NCBI RefSeq assembly: GCF_009914755.1
Contig: NC_060925.1
DNA length: 64,000 nucleotides
Source: the human T2T-CHM13v2.0 reference genome, Homo sapiens
Direction: 5' to 3' (one strand)
Under the pieces are notes generated by a model. That model searched no databases. It was given only the letters and a program-made list of their open reading frames with translations, and was not told the origin of the DNA. A program made the translations under genes and the position numbers. Of the stretch, positions 1 through 36,515 are shown piece after piece. Every line of letters begins with the position of its first letter. The first letter of the stretch is position 1.

Positions 1-1245
<1,245 letters not shown>

Positions 1246-1275
1246 GTTTGGATAAGTACTGATTGATAGATGTAA

Positions 1276-1560
<285 letters not shown>

Positions 1561-1778
1561 TGATCTCCCTACTTCAGGTGATCTGCCCACCTCAGCCTTC
1601 CAAAGTGCTGGGATGACAGGCATGAGCCACCACACCCGGCCTATCATTGTTACTATTATTATTATTTTGGGGTTGGGGGAGGCTTTACTTCTAAAGAGAA
1701 AGGTCAATGTTTTTGATTTTCCTCCTTCTGCCATGTGGCTTTTCTAGAAATAGTCTTTGAGTTTCTTTTATTAGTTAA

Positions 1779-1985
<207 letters not shown>

Positions 1986-2113
1986 TAGTAGAGACGAGGT
2001 TTCACTCTGTTAGCCAGGATGGTCTTGATCTCCTGACCTCGTGGTCCGCCCACCTCGGCCTCCCAAAGTGCTGGGATTACAAGCGTGAGCCAGATGGCAC
2101 CGGGCCTGTTTAG

Positions 2114-2254
<141 letters not shown>

Positions 2255-2663
2255 TGAGTAGCTGGGATTACAGGTGCACACCATTATGCCTGGCTAATTT
2301 TCGTATTTTTAGTAGAGGCGGGGTTTTACCATGTTGGTCAGGTTGGTCTTGAACTCGTGATATCGCGATCCGCCCACCTCGGCCTCCCAAAGTGCTGGGA
2401 TTACAAGCGTGAGCCACCATGCCTGGCCTATACTTAGTAAATACTTTCTAAGTGGCAAGTTGCAATTCAAATGTCACTTTTTACATGAATCTTTTTTTTT
2501 TTTTTTTTTTTTTGAGACGGAGTCTTGCTCTGTCGCCCAGGCTGGAGTGCCGTCGTGGCGCCATCTCAGCTCACTGAAACCTTGGCCTCCCAGGTTCACG
2601 TGATTCTCCTGCTTCAGCCTCTTGAGTAGCTGGGATTATAGGCACCCACCACCGTGCTCAGCT

Positions 2664-2699
<36 letters not shown>

Positions 2700-3249
2700 T
2701 AGAGACAGAGTTTCACCATGTTGGCCAGGCTGACCTCAAGTGACTTGCCTACCTCGGCCTCCCAAAGTGCTAGGATTATAGGCATGAGCCACCGTGCCCG
2801 GAATGAATCCTTTCATGACTCCCAGAGGCAGAATTCAACGTATCTACCACTGAATTCACATAGCTCAGAGTTACATTACAAAGTGCTATAAAAATAATGG
2901 TTTCTGATCAGGCATGATGGCTCACACCTGAAATCCCAGCACTCTGGGAGGCCAAGGTGGGAGAATCTCCTGAGCCCAGGAGTTTGAGACCAGCTTGGGC
3001 AATCTTGTCTCTACAAAAGAAAAAAAAATTTAATTAAAAAATTAGCTGAGCTTAGTGGCGTGCACCTGCTGGGGTGCCTACTGGGGTGCCTACTCCCCAC
3101 CTACTGGGGAGGCTGAGGTGGGAGGATTGCTTGAGCCCGGGAGGTTGAGGCTGCAGTGAGCCAAGATCATGCTACTATACTCTAGCCTGTGTGACAGAGT
3201 GACATTCTGTCTCAAAGAAAAAAAAATAAGTTTCTTTAATAATGTGGTG

Positions 3250-4120
<871 letters not shown>

Positions 4121-4194
4121 TGATGCTGACCACATTCAACTACTTCTGTATTAATACCTTGATTAGTACACTAATGAAAATTTCTGTATAAATT

Positions 4195-5267
<1,073 letters not shown>

Positions 5268-5318
5268 TGAGCCACTGCGACTGGCCCTCTTTTTTCTTTT
5301 TTCTTTTTTTTTTTTTGA

Positions 5319-5684
<366 letters not shown>

Positions 5685-6374
5685 TGACTCCTGGGTTCAA
5701 GTGATTCTCCTGCTTCAGCCTCCCCAGTACCCACCATCACACCCATCTAATTTTTGTATTTTTTGTAAGGATGGCATTTCACCGTGTTGGCCAGGCTGGT
5801 CTCGAACTGCTGACCTCAACTAATCCGCCCGACTCAGTCTCCCAAAGTGCTAGAATTACAGGCGTGAGCTACCACGCCCGGCCTAAAGAACATTTATTGA
5901 TCACACTACTGGTTAAGTGGTGCAAAAGAAACACACAACTTTTTATCTACACAGTTCTATAATTTTTATGAAAATCAGGGACCTTGAACATACATCATGT
6001 TTAATAAGGAATCAAAGCAATTGCTAACAAATTCAGAGCATTCCTCTGGACTCCTTCAACCGGTTCTAACAGTTGCTCTCCAAGGTAGAGATGGCAAAAT
6101 GTTGTGATTACCAAGGAGCCACCTTTGAGAAAGATTAAGAGGGCAGTGTGGCCAGATAGGCCATCAGCAATACATTTCATCAGAATAAGGGAAGAGGATG
6201 CATCTGTTTAACCATATTCCCAAAAAAGTAGAGACTGGAAAGAAAAACAGAGAGAAAGCCAATAGTGTTAGCAGCTCTTTCAGGGGGAACAAAAAGAGAA
6301 GATGAAGTGTGACCAAGTGTACAAAGCTGGAAGGATGCAAGAAAAAATTGCCATCTAGTAGTTGCTTCAGCTCT

Positions 6375-6909
6375 TTTTTTTTTTTTTTTTTACATATTTC
6401 AACTGTTTTATTTGCTTTCTGGGGTGTCAAATGTGAGCGCTCTCAGGGTCCAGCCCCAAGCAGTGTCCAGCAGATTCTTCTCCGCCCAAGGGTCCTGGAC
6501 ATGGAGGTTTCAGACAAAAGGCACTGGCTGGAGCTCTGGAAGTCAGGCAGAAGCCACCCTGAAGCTGGGGGTCTCAAGTCTGCCTTTGGGGAGAGAAAAT
6601 ACATTCACTTTGGCAGGATTGGTTTTTCACTTTTGGATGAGGTCAGGGTCTGAGTCCTCCCAGCTCTCCTTGTCTTGCAATGTGTTCTGCAGATCCTGGT
6701 GGCATTTCTGCAACTCCTGGAACCTGGAGACATATGGATCAGAGTGCTCATCCAAGGCAGGAACCCCAGAAGGTTCTCCCCGGGCAAAGGCAGGGCGCTC
6801 CACCCTCCAGGGTACCTCTGACAACATCAGTAATATCAGCAGCATCTGAGAGCAACGCCATGGCACAGGTCCTGGCCTGCGCGTGATGGTCCTGGTGCTG
6901 GTTGCTATC
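6375..6909 (-). pseudogene. retrocopy of a short GDF15-like mRNA (signal peptide + N-terminal prodomain only)
   Basis: T18 at 6374-6391 (poly-A on the minus strand) and AATAAA at 6407-6412 rc. 16-bp TSD TAGTTGCTTCAGCTCT (6359-6374)/TAGTTGCTTCAACTTT (6910-6925) with a TT|AAAG L1 endonuclease-type site. ORF 6866->6627 contains SQMLLILLMLS and HSDPYVSRFQELQKCHQDLQNTLQDKESWEDSDPDLI, matching recalled human GDF15 SQMLLVLLVLS and HSEDSRFRELRKRYEDLLTRLRANQSWEDSNTDLV. Confidence 0.85.
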
Positions 6910-7051
6910 TAGTTGCTTCAACTTTAATGTGAATATATCCACTGTCTCTAGAGAAGGACCAGTAACCTAAAACTAAAGGAGAAACTAAATAAAAAGAATA
7001 ATACAAGTTTACCAAAGACTAAATCACAAAGTGGATTTCCTTTTTTCCTAA

Positions 7052-7186
<135 letters not shown>

Positions 7187-7582
7187 TAAAAATACAAAAA
7201 ATTATCCGGGCGTGGTGGCAGGCACCTGTAGTCCCAGCTACTCGGGAGGCTGAGGCAGGAGAATGGCATGAAACTGGGAGGCGGAGCTTGCAGTGAGCCA
7301 AGATCGCAGTGAGCCACTGCACTCCAGCCTGGGCGACAGAGCAAGACTCTGTCTCAAAAAAAAAAAAAAAAAAGCAACAGTGAGAAACTTCCAGTGTTCC
7401 AAAAGTACTAATTTAAACCATTTCTTTAATCCTTTGAAAGGCTTCTTTTTCACTAGTTGCTGCCGTTATCTCCCAGAAACATTAGTGACAACCCATGTGA
7501 CTTTAATATAATTTCTCAAGGTCTGCATGGGAATTTTCAGTGTATTGTGTTCAAGAAACTCACCTGCTCCAACGCAATATTT

Positions 7583-8456
<874 letters not shown>

Positions 8457-8459
8457 TAG

Positions 8460-8644
<185 letters not shown>

Positions 8645-8986
8645 TGATCCGCCCGTCTCGGCCTCCCAAAGTGCTGGGATTACAGGTGTGAGCCACCGCA
8701 CCTGGCCCTTTTTTTGTATTTTTAATAGAGACGGGGTTTCACCATGTTGGCCAGACTAGTCTTGAACTCCTGACCTCAGGCAATCTACCCGCCTCGGCCT
8801 CCTAAAGTGCTAGGATTACAGGCATGAGCCACCACACCCGGCCTGTAATAAATTTTTAAAGGCCTCTTTGGCAAATGTTTGGTAGATGAACAAACGGCTA
8901 GCAGTGAAGAATTGGGAGGGATATCAGGGACAGAGCAAGTGGCTGATTACCCTTTGAGCACACTCTTTTTTTTTTTTTTTTTTTGA

Positions 8987-9448
<462 letters not shown>

Positions 9449-9634
9449 TAGAGATGAGATTTCACTATGTTCCCCAGGCTGGTCTTGAACTCCAGAGCTT
9501 AAGCATCCCAAAGTGCTAGGGTTACAGGTGTGAATCACTGAGCCTGGCCTGAGCACATTCTTTATTGAACAAGTGGCCACTTATATAGTATTTTTGCCAA
9601 AAATATTTACCTTTAATTATAAAGAAATAATCAG

Positions 9635-9738
9635 ATCATTTTGTAGTTCATAAGCATGATGATTGGGCATTCACATGGATGTGTGAAATGTGCCATCCAC
9701 AAACATTGTTATGATGTTGGCACATTACCTGTCTGACA
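9635..9738 (+). pseudogene. U13 (SNORD13-like) snoRNA retrocopy
   Basis: ATCATTTTGTAGTTCATAAGCATGATGATTGGGCATTCAC...GTGCCATCC...GGCACATTACCTGTCTGAC follows U13 over its full length (C box TGATGA, D box CTGA) and is followed by an A-rich tail. Confidence 0.88.
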
Positions 9739-9774
9739 TGAAAAAGAGGAAAAAGGGCTGGGCGCAGTGGCTCA

Positions 9775-10088
<314 letters not shown>

Positions 10089-10372
10089 TTATAAGCAGTA
10101 ATCAGACAAAACTAATTCAAAGCTGTAGCTGAACTCTTTGCTTTCAAAGTTGAAAAGGAAATGAAAGCAATTTTTTGCAGGTAAATCAGTAAAATAAATA
10201 CTATGGAAATGAGGAAAACATGGACTAATCAGTTCAATTCTGTAATGATATGTGACCAAATGGCATCTATGCAAGTGACAAATCACAAAATAAACCAACT
10301 AAAGAATAATCTTCAAATGTACTTTTAGTTCTTAGCTGCAAAGATGCTGGTCTGCATTCATGTGCATTGCTA

Positions 10373-10675
<303 letters not shown>

Positions 10676-10720
10676 TCAAAAAAAAAAAGAAAAAAAAAGA
10701 GGGCCAGTCGCGGTGGCTCA

Positions 10721-11062
<342 letters not shown>

Positions 11063-11379
11063 TCACCCCCAAAGAAAACCCTCTACTCATTAGCAGTCAT
11101 GCCCTAAACCCTATTCCTTTAGCCTCTGGTGATCACTAATCTACTTTGTACATATTTTATATAAAATAAGTCACACAATTTGTGGCCTGGTGTGACTGGC
11201 TTCTTTCACTTAGCATAATGTTTTCAGTTCCATGCATGTTATAGCAGGTATCAGTATTTCACTCGTTTTTATTGCTGAATAATATTCCATTTTGTGGCTA
11301 TGTCACATTTTGTTTATCCATCAGCTGATGGACCCTAGAATTGTTTCCACTTTTTGGCTATTATGAATTCAATGCTATG

Positions 11380-11750
11380 GAGAGCTGAGCAACCAAGGCT
11401 GAGAGCGAGATGCCAGTGGTTGTGGGTCCCTAGGGACAGTCTCAGCCAGGCTGCTTTGACTGCATGGAGATAGGCTTTGATAATGGGTTGAACAGTGGCC
11501 ATGGTGGCCACGGTGCTCCTCAGCACCCTCTGTCTCAGGATTGGGATGCAGGATCAGGAGGTGATGGGCGGCATTGGGAAAACCATGATGCAGAGTAGAG
11601 GCATCTTTGATACATTCATGACGATGGGGATGGGCTAACGATGCTAACCATGGTTGCCCACGACATCTACATCTTCCCATCGATCCCAGTCTATGCACTG
11701 TAATAAAACAAAGTCTTTGAGTTAAAAAATGGACACACAAACAAAAAATA
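11380..11750 (+). pseudogene. ROMO1 processed pseudogene, copy 2 (inverted duplicate)
   Basis: ATG 11410, premature TAG 11431-11433, frameshift after GF, terminal CGA TGC TAA ending at 11647, AATAAA 11702-11707, A-rich tail. Confidence 0.93.
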
Positions 11751-12126
11751 TTGATGCCATGAATGTTCATGTACAAGTTTTTGTGTGAATATTAATTTAT
11801 ACAGAAATTTTCATTAGTGTACTAACCAAAGTATTAATACAGAAGTAGTTGAATGTGGTCAGCATCATGCAGTGAATTTTTGTTGGTTTTGACTGCCCAA
11901 CAGTCTTTCTCTTTCCTCTTAGTAACAGGATGCGTATTCTCTTATGTGTAACCACATAAGGAAGCTGACTCCACTCTTACATCCAGGGGTAACTTGGCTT
12001 AAGCCCGGCACACGCTTATCCCCATAGACATTGACTAGATCAGTGATGAACAGGTGACCTTAATTCAGGCCAGTGAGATATAAAAAGACCTTTGCTGGGG
12101 CTTCTGGAAAGCATACTTTCTTGTTA

Positions 12127-12642
<516 letters not shown>

Positions 12643-12717
12643 TTAACACTGAGGACAAAGCTTTGCCTGAATTTTCAGCTGATGACTAAATTCCCTTAAT
12701 TGTTTAAGATATTTCGA

Positions 12718-13012
12718 GGCCGGGCGCAGTGGCTCACGCCTGTAATCCCAGCACTTTGGGAGGCCGAGGCGGGTGGATCACGAGGTCAGGAGATCGAGAC
12801 CATCCTGGCTAACACGGTGAAACCCCGTCTCTACTAAAAATACAAAAAATCAGCCGGGCGAGGTGGTGGGCGCCTGTAGTCCCAGCTACTCCAGAGGCTG
12901 AGGCAGGAGAATGGCGTGAACCCCGGGGGGCGGAGCCTGCAGAGAGCCGAGATCGCGCCACTGCACTCCAACCTGGGCGACAGAGAAACTCCGTCTCAAA
13001 AAAAAAAAAAAA
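12718..13012 (+). mobile_element. AluY (AluYe-like), present only in the right arm
   Basis: GGCGAGGTGG and GAACCCCGGGGGGCGGAGCCTGCA variants, CpG-rich, TSD AGATATTTC(G/A)A at 12707 and 13014. Empty site in the left arm at ~3281-3300. Confidence 0.8.
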
Positions 13013-13050
13013 GAGATATTTCAAGATGATTTTTCTGTTGTTTGCTATAA

Positions 13051-13377
<327 letters not shown>

Positions 13378-14428
13378 TAATGTAACTCTGAGCTATGTGA
13401 ATTCAGTGGTAGATACGTTGAATTCTGCCTCTGGGAGTCATGAAAGGATTCATTCCGGGCACGGTGGCTCATGCCTATAATCCTAGCACTTTGGGAGGCC
13501 GAGGTAGGCAAGTCACTTGAGGTCAGCCTGGCCAACATGGTGAAACTCTGTCTCTACTAAAAATACAAAAAAACTAGCCAAGCATGGTGGTGGGTGTCTA
13601 TAATCCTAGCTACTCAGGAGGCTGAAGCAAGAGAATCGCGTGAACCTGGGAGGCCGGAGTTGCAGTGAGCCGAGATGGCGCCACGGCACTCCAGCCTGGG
13701 CGACAGCAAGACTCCGTCTCAAAAAAAAAAAAAAAAGATTCATGTAAAAAGTGACATTTGAATTGCAACTTGCCACTTAGAAAGTATTTACTAAGTATAG
13801 ACCAGGCATGGTGGCTCACGCCTGTAATCCCAGCACTTTGGGAGGCCGAGATGGGCAGATCACGAGGTCAGGAGTTCAAGACCAGCCTAACCAACATGGT
13901 AAAACCCTGCCTCTACTAAAAATACAAAAATTAGCCGGGCATAGTGGTGCGCACCTGTAATCCCAGCTACTCAGGAGGCTGAGGCAGGAGAATCACTTGA
14001 TCCTGGGAGGCAGAGGTTGCAGTGAGCCAAGATCGCACCACTGCACTACAGCCTGAGCAACACAGCCAGACTCCATCTCAGAAAAAAAAAAAAGGTATTT
14101 ACTAAGTACAATAAGCTAAACAAAATTAAGCAGATTTCTTTCACTGTAGACCTTCTGAGGGCCTTTATTATACTAATATGAATTATGACTATATCCAAGA
14201 GAGGGATATAATATGCAGTATTTACTAAATTTACTTCACCCTGAACACCTAGCATTATTTCAAGGAATATGGTTGGCTCAGGAAACACTGGTAGTAGAAT
14301 GTTAACAGATGGCTAGAAGAGAAGAACAAGATCATCCTGGCCAATTTATTAAGAAGTTTTTATGGTGGGGGGTGCGGTGGCTCACACTTGTAATCATAGC
14401 ACTTTGGGAGGCCAAAGCAGGTGGATCA

Positions 14429-14883
<455 letters not shown>

Positions 14884-15275
14884 TCAAAAAGCTGAGGCAG
14901 GAGAATCGCTTGAGCCCGGTGACGGAAGTTGCAGTGAGCCGAGATCGCACCACTGCACTCCAGCCTGGGTAACAGAGCAGGACCCTGTCTAAAAAAAATA
15001 AATAAATAAAATAAAGAAAGAAAGAAAAAGAGAGAGAGAGAGAAAAAAGAAAATTAAAAGGGATGAAAATGTGAGAAGAAAAAAAATAGGAATTTGTAAG
15101 GATGGAGAGGGAGATGGGAAAAGTGTGAAGTAGCCATAAAGCTAACTAATGTGTTTGATGACTCGTTCAGAATCTGAGAGTGCCAAGTCTAGTAGAGTAA
15201 AAGACATTAGGAAATTGCCTCTAAATTATATCATTGTCAGTTCTTTCTCAAAACGTACCTGTTAATTTAATTTAA

Positions 15276-15632
<357 letters not shown>

Positions 15633-15780
15633 TAAGGTCCAGTGAATGACAAACCAGTGAATTAAGTTATTTTTTGAGCTTGAATTTCATAGAATCATGG
15701 AACATAAGATCTGAAGAAACTTGGAAATTGTCTCATAAAACTAATCTAGTGTTCTTCCCTCTCATTCATTCATTTATTAA

Positions 15781-16266
<486 letters not shown>

Positions 16267-16639
16267 TGAAGTTGCAATACTTGAGCTAAGTCTTCAAAAA
16301 GGAACAGGCGTTTACCCGGTGAACAGGATGGGAAGAAATTCTGGCTGAAGGGATAGCATATGAAAAAGCACTGGAATATGATATAGGAGGGTATATTTAG
16401 AGAAGAGAATGTAATTTGGTATATAAGAGATGCCAGTCATTTCTCCTATACTTGCATCCCCTTCTTAGCAACCTGCCCTTCCCAAAGTCAATACATAGTG
16501 GATACCCTATATATTGAATGGCTCTGTAGTCCTGGCCACAAAATCAGGAATGAGCCCTTGACTAGAGCTAACGAGATTTTTATCATTCAGGAATAAAGTA
16601 AACTGTATAGACTTTCATTGTTGTTAATGGCATACAATG

Positions 16640-18330
<1,691 letters not shown>

Positions 18331-18871
18331 TTTTCCGGTTCAGCCTCTTCCCACTACAAAGGATGCCACAAGAAGCTGGGCACAGTGGCTCACACCTGTA
18401 ATCTTAGCACTTTGGGAGTCTGAGGCAGGAGGAATTGCTTGAGGCCAGAAGATCGAGACCAGCCTGGGCAACAGAGCAAGACCCTGTCTCTAAAAAAAAA
18501 GTGGGCTACAATGCCACTGCCCTCCAGCTTAAGCAACAGAGTGAGACCCTGTCTCAGAAAAGAAAAAAAAAAGGATGCCACAATAAATATATTTGTATGC
18601 ATAGTCTTACGTATTGATGTTTAATTTTTTTTGCCTCCCCTCCCTCCCTTGGTGTTTTTATATCTATAGAAAAGATTCCCAAAAGTGAAATTGCTGCATT
18701 AAAATTATGTGTTACATTTTTAAAGATATTACCACAGTACTTTCCAGAAGGAGATAGCAATTTTTATTTCCCCCAGCAATGTGTGAGAATTCTCATCTCC
18801 CCACATTTTTTCTAGTACTGAATGATTTGATAACCCAAATAGTTTAAAATGGTATCTTTAAAAGTCTATTC

Positions 18872-23190
<4,319 letters not shown>

Positions 23191-23519
23191 ATGTTATAAA
23201 CGTTTTTGATTTTTGTTTTTGAGACAGTCTCGCTCTGTTGCCCAGGGGGCAGTGGAACGGCATGATCTCAGCTCACTGCAACCTCTGCCTCCCGGGGTTC
23301 AAGCGATTCTCCCTGCCTCAGCCTCCCAAGTAGCTGGGATTACAGGCGCCTGTCACTACACCCGGCTAATTTTTGTATTTTTAGTAGAGATGGGGTTTTG
23401 CCATGTTGGTCAGGCTGGTCTCAAACTCCTGATCTCAGGTGATGCACCTACCTCGGCCTCCCAAAGTGTTGGGAATGCAGGCGTGAGCCACCGTGGCCAG
23501 CCCTTTATTTTATTTTTGA

Positions 23520-23627
<108 letters not shown>

Positions 23628-23783
23628 TAGCTGGGACTACAGGCATGCGCCACCACACCCAGCTAATTTTTGTATTTGCAGTACGGACGGGGTTTCACCA
23701 TGTTGGCCTGGCTGGTTTTGAACTCCTGATCTCAAGTGATCTGCCTGCCTCAGCCTCCCAAAGTGCTGGGATTACAGGCGTGA

Positions 23784-23966
<183 letters not shown>

Positions 23967-24559
23967 TAAGTTTTTTGTAGAGACAGGCTTTCCACCATGT
24001 TGCCCAGGCTGGTTTCGAACTCCTGCGCTGAAGCGATTTGCCCACCTTGGCCTCCCAAAGTGCTGAGATTACAGGTGTGAACTACCATGCCTAGCCAAAA
24101 GTATTTTGTATTTTCATGATTACTAGTGAAGTTGCGCATCTGATTTTTGACATTTTCTATTTCATCTTTTATAAATTGCCTGCTGTTATTCATTGTCCAT
24201 TTTTCTCTGCTGGATTGTTTATCTTTTTGTTATTAATTTATAGGAGTTCCTTTTACATTCATAGTATTTGTCTTTTGTCTACAAATATTGCCTTTCATTT
24301 GATTTAGTTTACGTTGTCTTTTGATACGCACAAATTTCACAGAATGGCTGCCAGAGTCCTACTGCTGCTACCAGGTGAATTTAGTATGGTGGTAGGTAGA
24401 AGGAGTTTCCAGAAAACAGGATGCTGGACAGAAAACCTAATGGGTGCCTACTATATAAACTTTAGTAAAGATGTTACCTTTCTAGCAATGAACTGCAAGG
24501 AAATGTCAGAGACACCAGTTATGGGTGCTGTTAGCTATCTGAGTCATGGTGTTCTTGTC

Positions 24560-28700
<4,141 letters not shown>

Positions 28701-29433
28701 TTTTGTGTCAAACTTTAAAAACCACCTCCACTCGAAAGTTACTTTTCTTCCCTTAATTTCCCAGAAGAGTTTTTTAAGTATTGGGAAAGAGAAACTAGAA
28801 CATGCTTGTATATTTTCAATAGAAAGGAAGAAATTGATGAATCAGGAGAGATTTGGGAAATTTTCAGCTGCAAAGCCCATGACTAGGCTAGAGGGGATGG
28901 GAAACAGAGCCCAGATGGAATGATTGGCTTTGGAACAGCCTCACTTCTCCCCTTGTCACAGGAGGGAAGACAGGATATGGGTTCTGATGCAGGTAGGTTG
29001 GGGGATTTGGTGGTGAGAGGATGACAAAGTTCCTATCTGCTTGCCTATGTTTTCCCAATGACGTAAAAGGCAAATTCGTTAGCTGAGAGAGCAGAGCAGG
29101 AAAAAGCTGTTAAGGTTTGAGGAGAGATGGAGTTTAGAGGTTTAGAGGCCAGGTTGATTAGCAATTCTAACTTCATTTTCCCCCCTTGAAACAAAAGAAA
29201 ATTTATTTAAAGTTTTTATCAGTATAATGATTTGATCTGATGGAATGACTCTGTTTCCCTTTGAAAACTTCTTTCTTCTTAAGGAATGGTTCATATGGTT
29301 ATATTTTTCTTTTCTTTTTTTTTCGAGATGGAGTCTTGCTCTATCGCCCAGATTGGAATGCAATGGCATGATCTCAGCTCACTGCAACCTCCGCCTCCCG
29401 GGTTCAAGTGATTCTTGTGCCTCAGCCCCCTGA

Positions 29434-29955
<522 letters not shown>

Positions 29956-30171
29956 TAAATGACTTGGCCTCAATGTGCTATACCTGGGCTCCTAGCAGGG
30001 TGAGCTTGTTTTCAAGAAGTGTTTGGGTTCATTCTTTTTTTTTTTTTGAGATGGAGTCTCGCTCTGTTGCCCAGGCTGGAGTGTAATGGCATGATCTCGG
30101 CTCACTGCAACTTCTGACCCCCAGGGTTCAAGTGATTCTTGTGCCTCAGCCTCCCAAGTAGGTGAAATTAA

Positions 30172-30688
<517 letters not shown>

Positions 30689-31320
30689 TAATTCATTTTC
30701 TACACTTACCACACAGATGCTAAAAGCTCAACAACTTGAGTTTGAGTTATTTGCCTTCTCTTTGTTCACTTCGCATTTATATTATATGTCCCTAAAGAGA
30801 GAATTTGATTGGATTGATTTGCCATTACTTGACATTGAGTGCTGCTTTTGAACAGCTATTTTTTGAAGTTCAAAATATCCTATTGCCTCAATGGCAGTAG
30901 GTAGCTTGCATATAGTGGCCTTTGACTTATGTTTAAGCTACTGGTTAATCAGCTGTGATAGCTGGGTTTGTTTCATTCAAAACAGGTCATATGAGTCATC
31001 GCACTTGAGCAAGAACAGCATCTCACTTTACCTAGAAGGGGGCCATGTACATGGCAAGCCCAGTTGGCTGCATGGACTTCATTCAGCTGTTCTGGAAAAG
31101 TGTTCATATCCTTTGTCTCAGTAATTCTACATCTGGCAATCTAACCTAAGGAAGTAATCTTTAGGAGACAGTATAGTAGAGTGGTTAAGAACATACATGT
31201 TTGGGCTGGGTACGTCCCCACCCCCCCCCAAAAAAAAAGAAAAAAAGAACATACATCCTTTGGAGTCAGACGTATTTAGAATCGAATCCCAAATGGAAAT
31301 GTAAAATAAGTCACTTCTAG

Positions 31321-31844
<524 letters not shown>

Positions 31845-31994
31845 TGACTAATTTTTTGTATTTTTAGGAGAGACAGAGTTTCGCCATGTTGCCCAGGCTG
31901 GTCTCAAACTCCTGAGCTCAGACAATCCACCCGCCTTGGCCTCCTAAAATGCTAGGATTACAGGCGTGTGCCACCACGCTGGACTTAAATATAT

Positions 31995-34445
<2,451 letters not shown>

Positions 34446-34762
34446 TTGATTGTTGGTGGGGTTTCTTTGTTTTGTTTTTGTTTTTGAGACAGGCTGGAGT
34501 GCAGTGGTGTGATCACAGCTCCCTGTAGCCTAGAACTTCCTGGCTGAAATGATCCTCCCACCTGAGCCTCTTGAGTAGCTGGGACCACAGGTGTGCGCCA
34601 CCACATCTGACTTTTTTAAAACTTGTTTTTGTAGAGATGGGGTCTCCCTATGTTGTGCAGGCTGGTCTCAAACTCCTGAGTTCAATTGATCCTCCCGCTT
34701 TAGCCTCCCAAAGTACTGGGATTACAGTGCGAGCCACCATGCCCAGCCAACACTTTTTATTA

Positions 34763-35048
34763 AAGGTTCAACATCCCTAATCTGAAATTCCGAAATCTGA
34801 AATTATCCAAAATGTGAAACTTTTTGAGCACTGACATGACACCACAAGTGGAAAATTTCATACCTGACCTTATATGATGGGCCACTGTCAAAATGCAGGT
34901 ACACAACATACAGCATCCCCAAGGGAAAAATAAAATTCGCTTCAGGCTATGTTTATAAGGTGTATATGAAACATAAGTGAATTTCATGTTTAAAAATTCC
35001 AAAACATTTCTGGTCCCAAGCATTTCCAATAGGAAATTTTCAACATGT
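34763..35048. mobile_element. Tigger4/MER46-type DNA transposon relic
   Basis: AGGTTCAACATCCCTAATCTGAAATTCCGAAATCTGAAA ... TTCTGGTCCCAAGCATTTCCAATAGGAAATTTTCAACATG, with degenerate inverted ends. Confidence 0.7.
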
Positions 35049-35152
35049 TTCTGCTGTCTTTTTTTTTTTTTTTTTTTTTTTTTTGAGACAGGGTCTTACT
35101 CTATCATCCAGGCTGGAGTGCACTCTCACCACTCTTGGCCTGTAAAGCCTAA

Positions 35153-35476
<324 letters not shown>

Positions 35477-35479
35477 TGA

Positions 35480-35827
<348 letters not shown>

Positions 35828-36356
35828 TAAAGGGGTGATATTTAAGATGAGACATGGGGACACCATAGGAGCACTTCTGAAAAAGGTGCAGCATGAGAAA
35901 AGGTATGAAGAGATATGTTAGTAACATCCTAGAGAGGAATCATTCATTGAAGTAAAAACTGCACTAGGTTAACCCCACTCTCCATCACTGCAGCTTACAA
36001 CTACAGGACCTGAAGCAACAAGACACTGACAGGAAAACACGAGACACAGCATCAAGATGGTAGCACAGCTCACGGCCCACATCCCCACTCCCCTCCTCCT
36101 CACACAAAGGCCCAAAGCAAATCTTTGCATGATCACTTATTACCGTTTGTAAACGTTTAGTTAACTGAGTTTTGACCACAACTGAGTTTTGGTTCCAACT
36201 TTGATGGGGCAGAGGGCCTGAAGAAAGGATGAGCTGGCCACGCGCAGTGGCTCATGCCTGTAATCCCAACACTTTCGGAGGCCGAAGCAGGCGGATCACC
36301 TGAGGTTGGGAGTTTGAGACCAGCCTGACCAACATGGAGAAACCCCGTCTCTACTA

Positions 36357-36515
<159 letters not shown>

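Noticed and set aside
6480-6570. Weak patch LQGGFCLTSRAPASAFCLKP resembling GDF15 exon-2 LPEGLPEASRLHRALFRLSP
   Set aside because: Only ~7/20 aa and ~45% nt identity by eye, not distinguishable from chance without a statistical alignment; not used as evidence.
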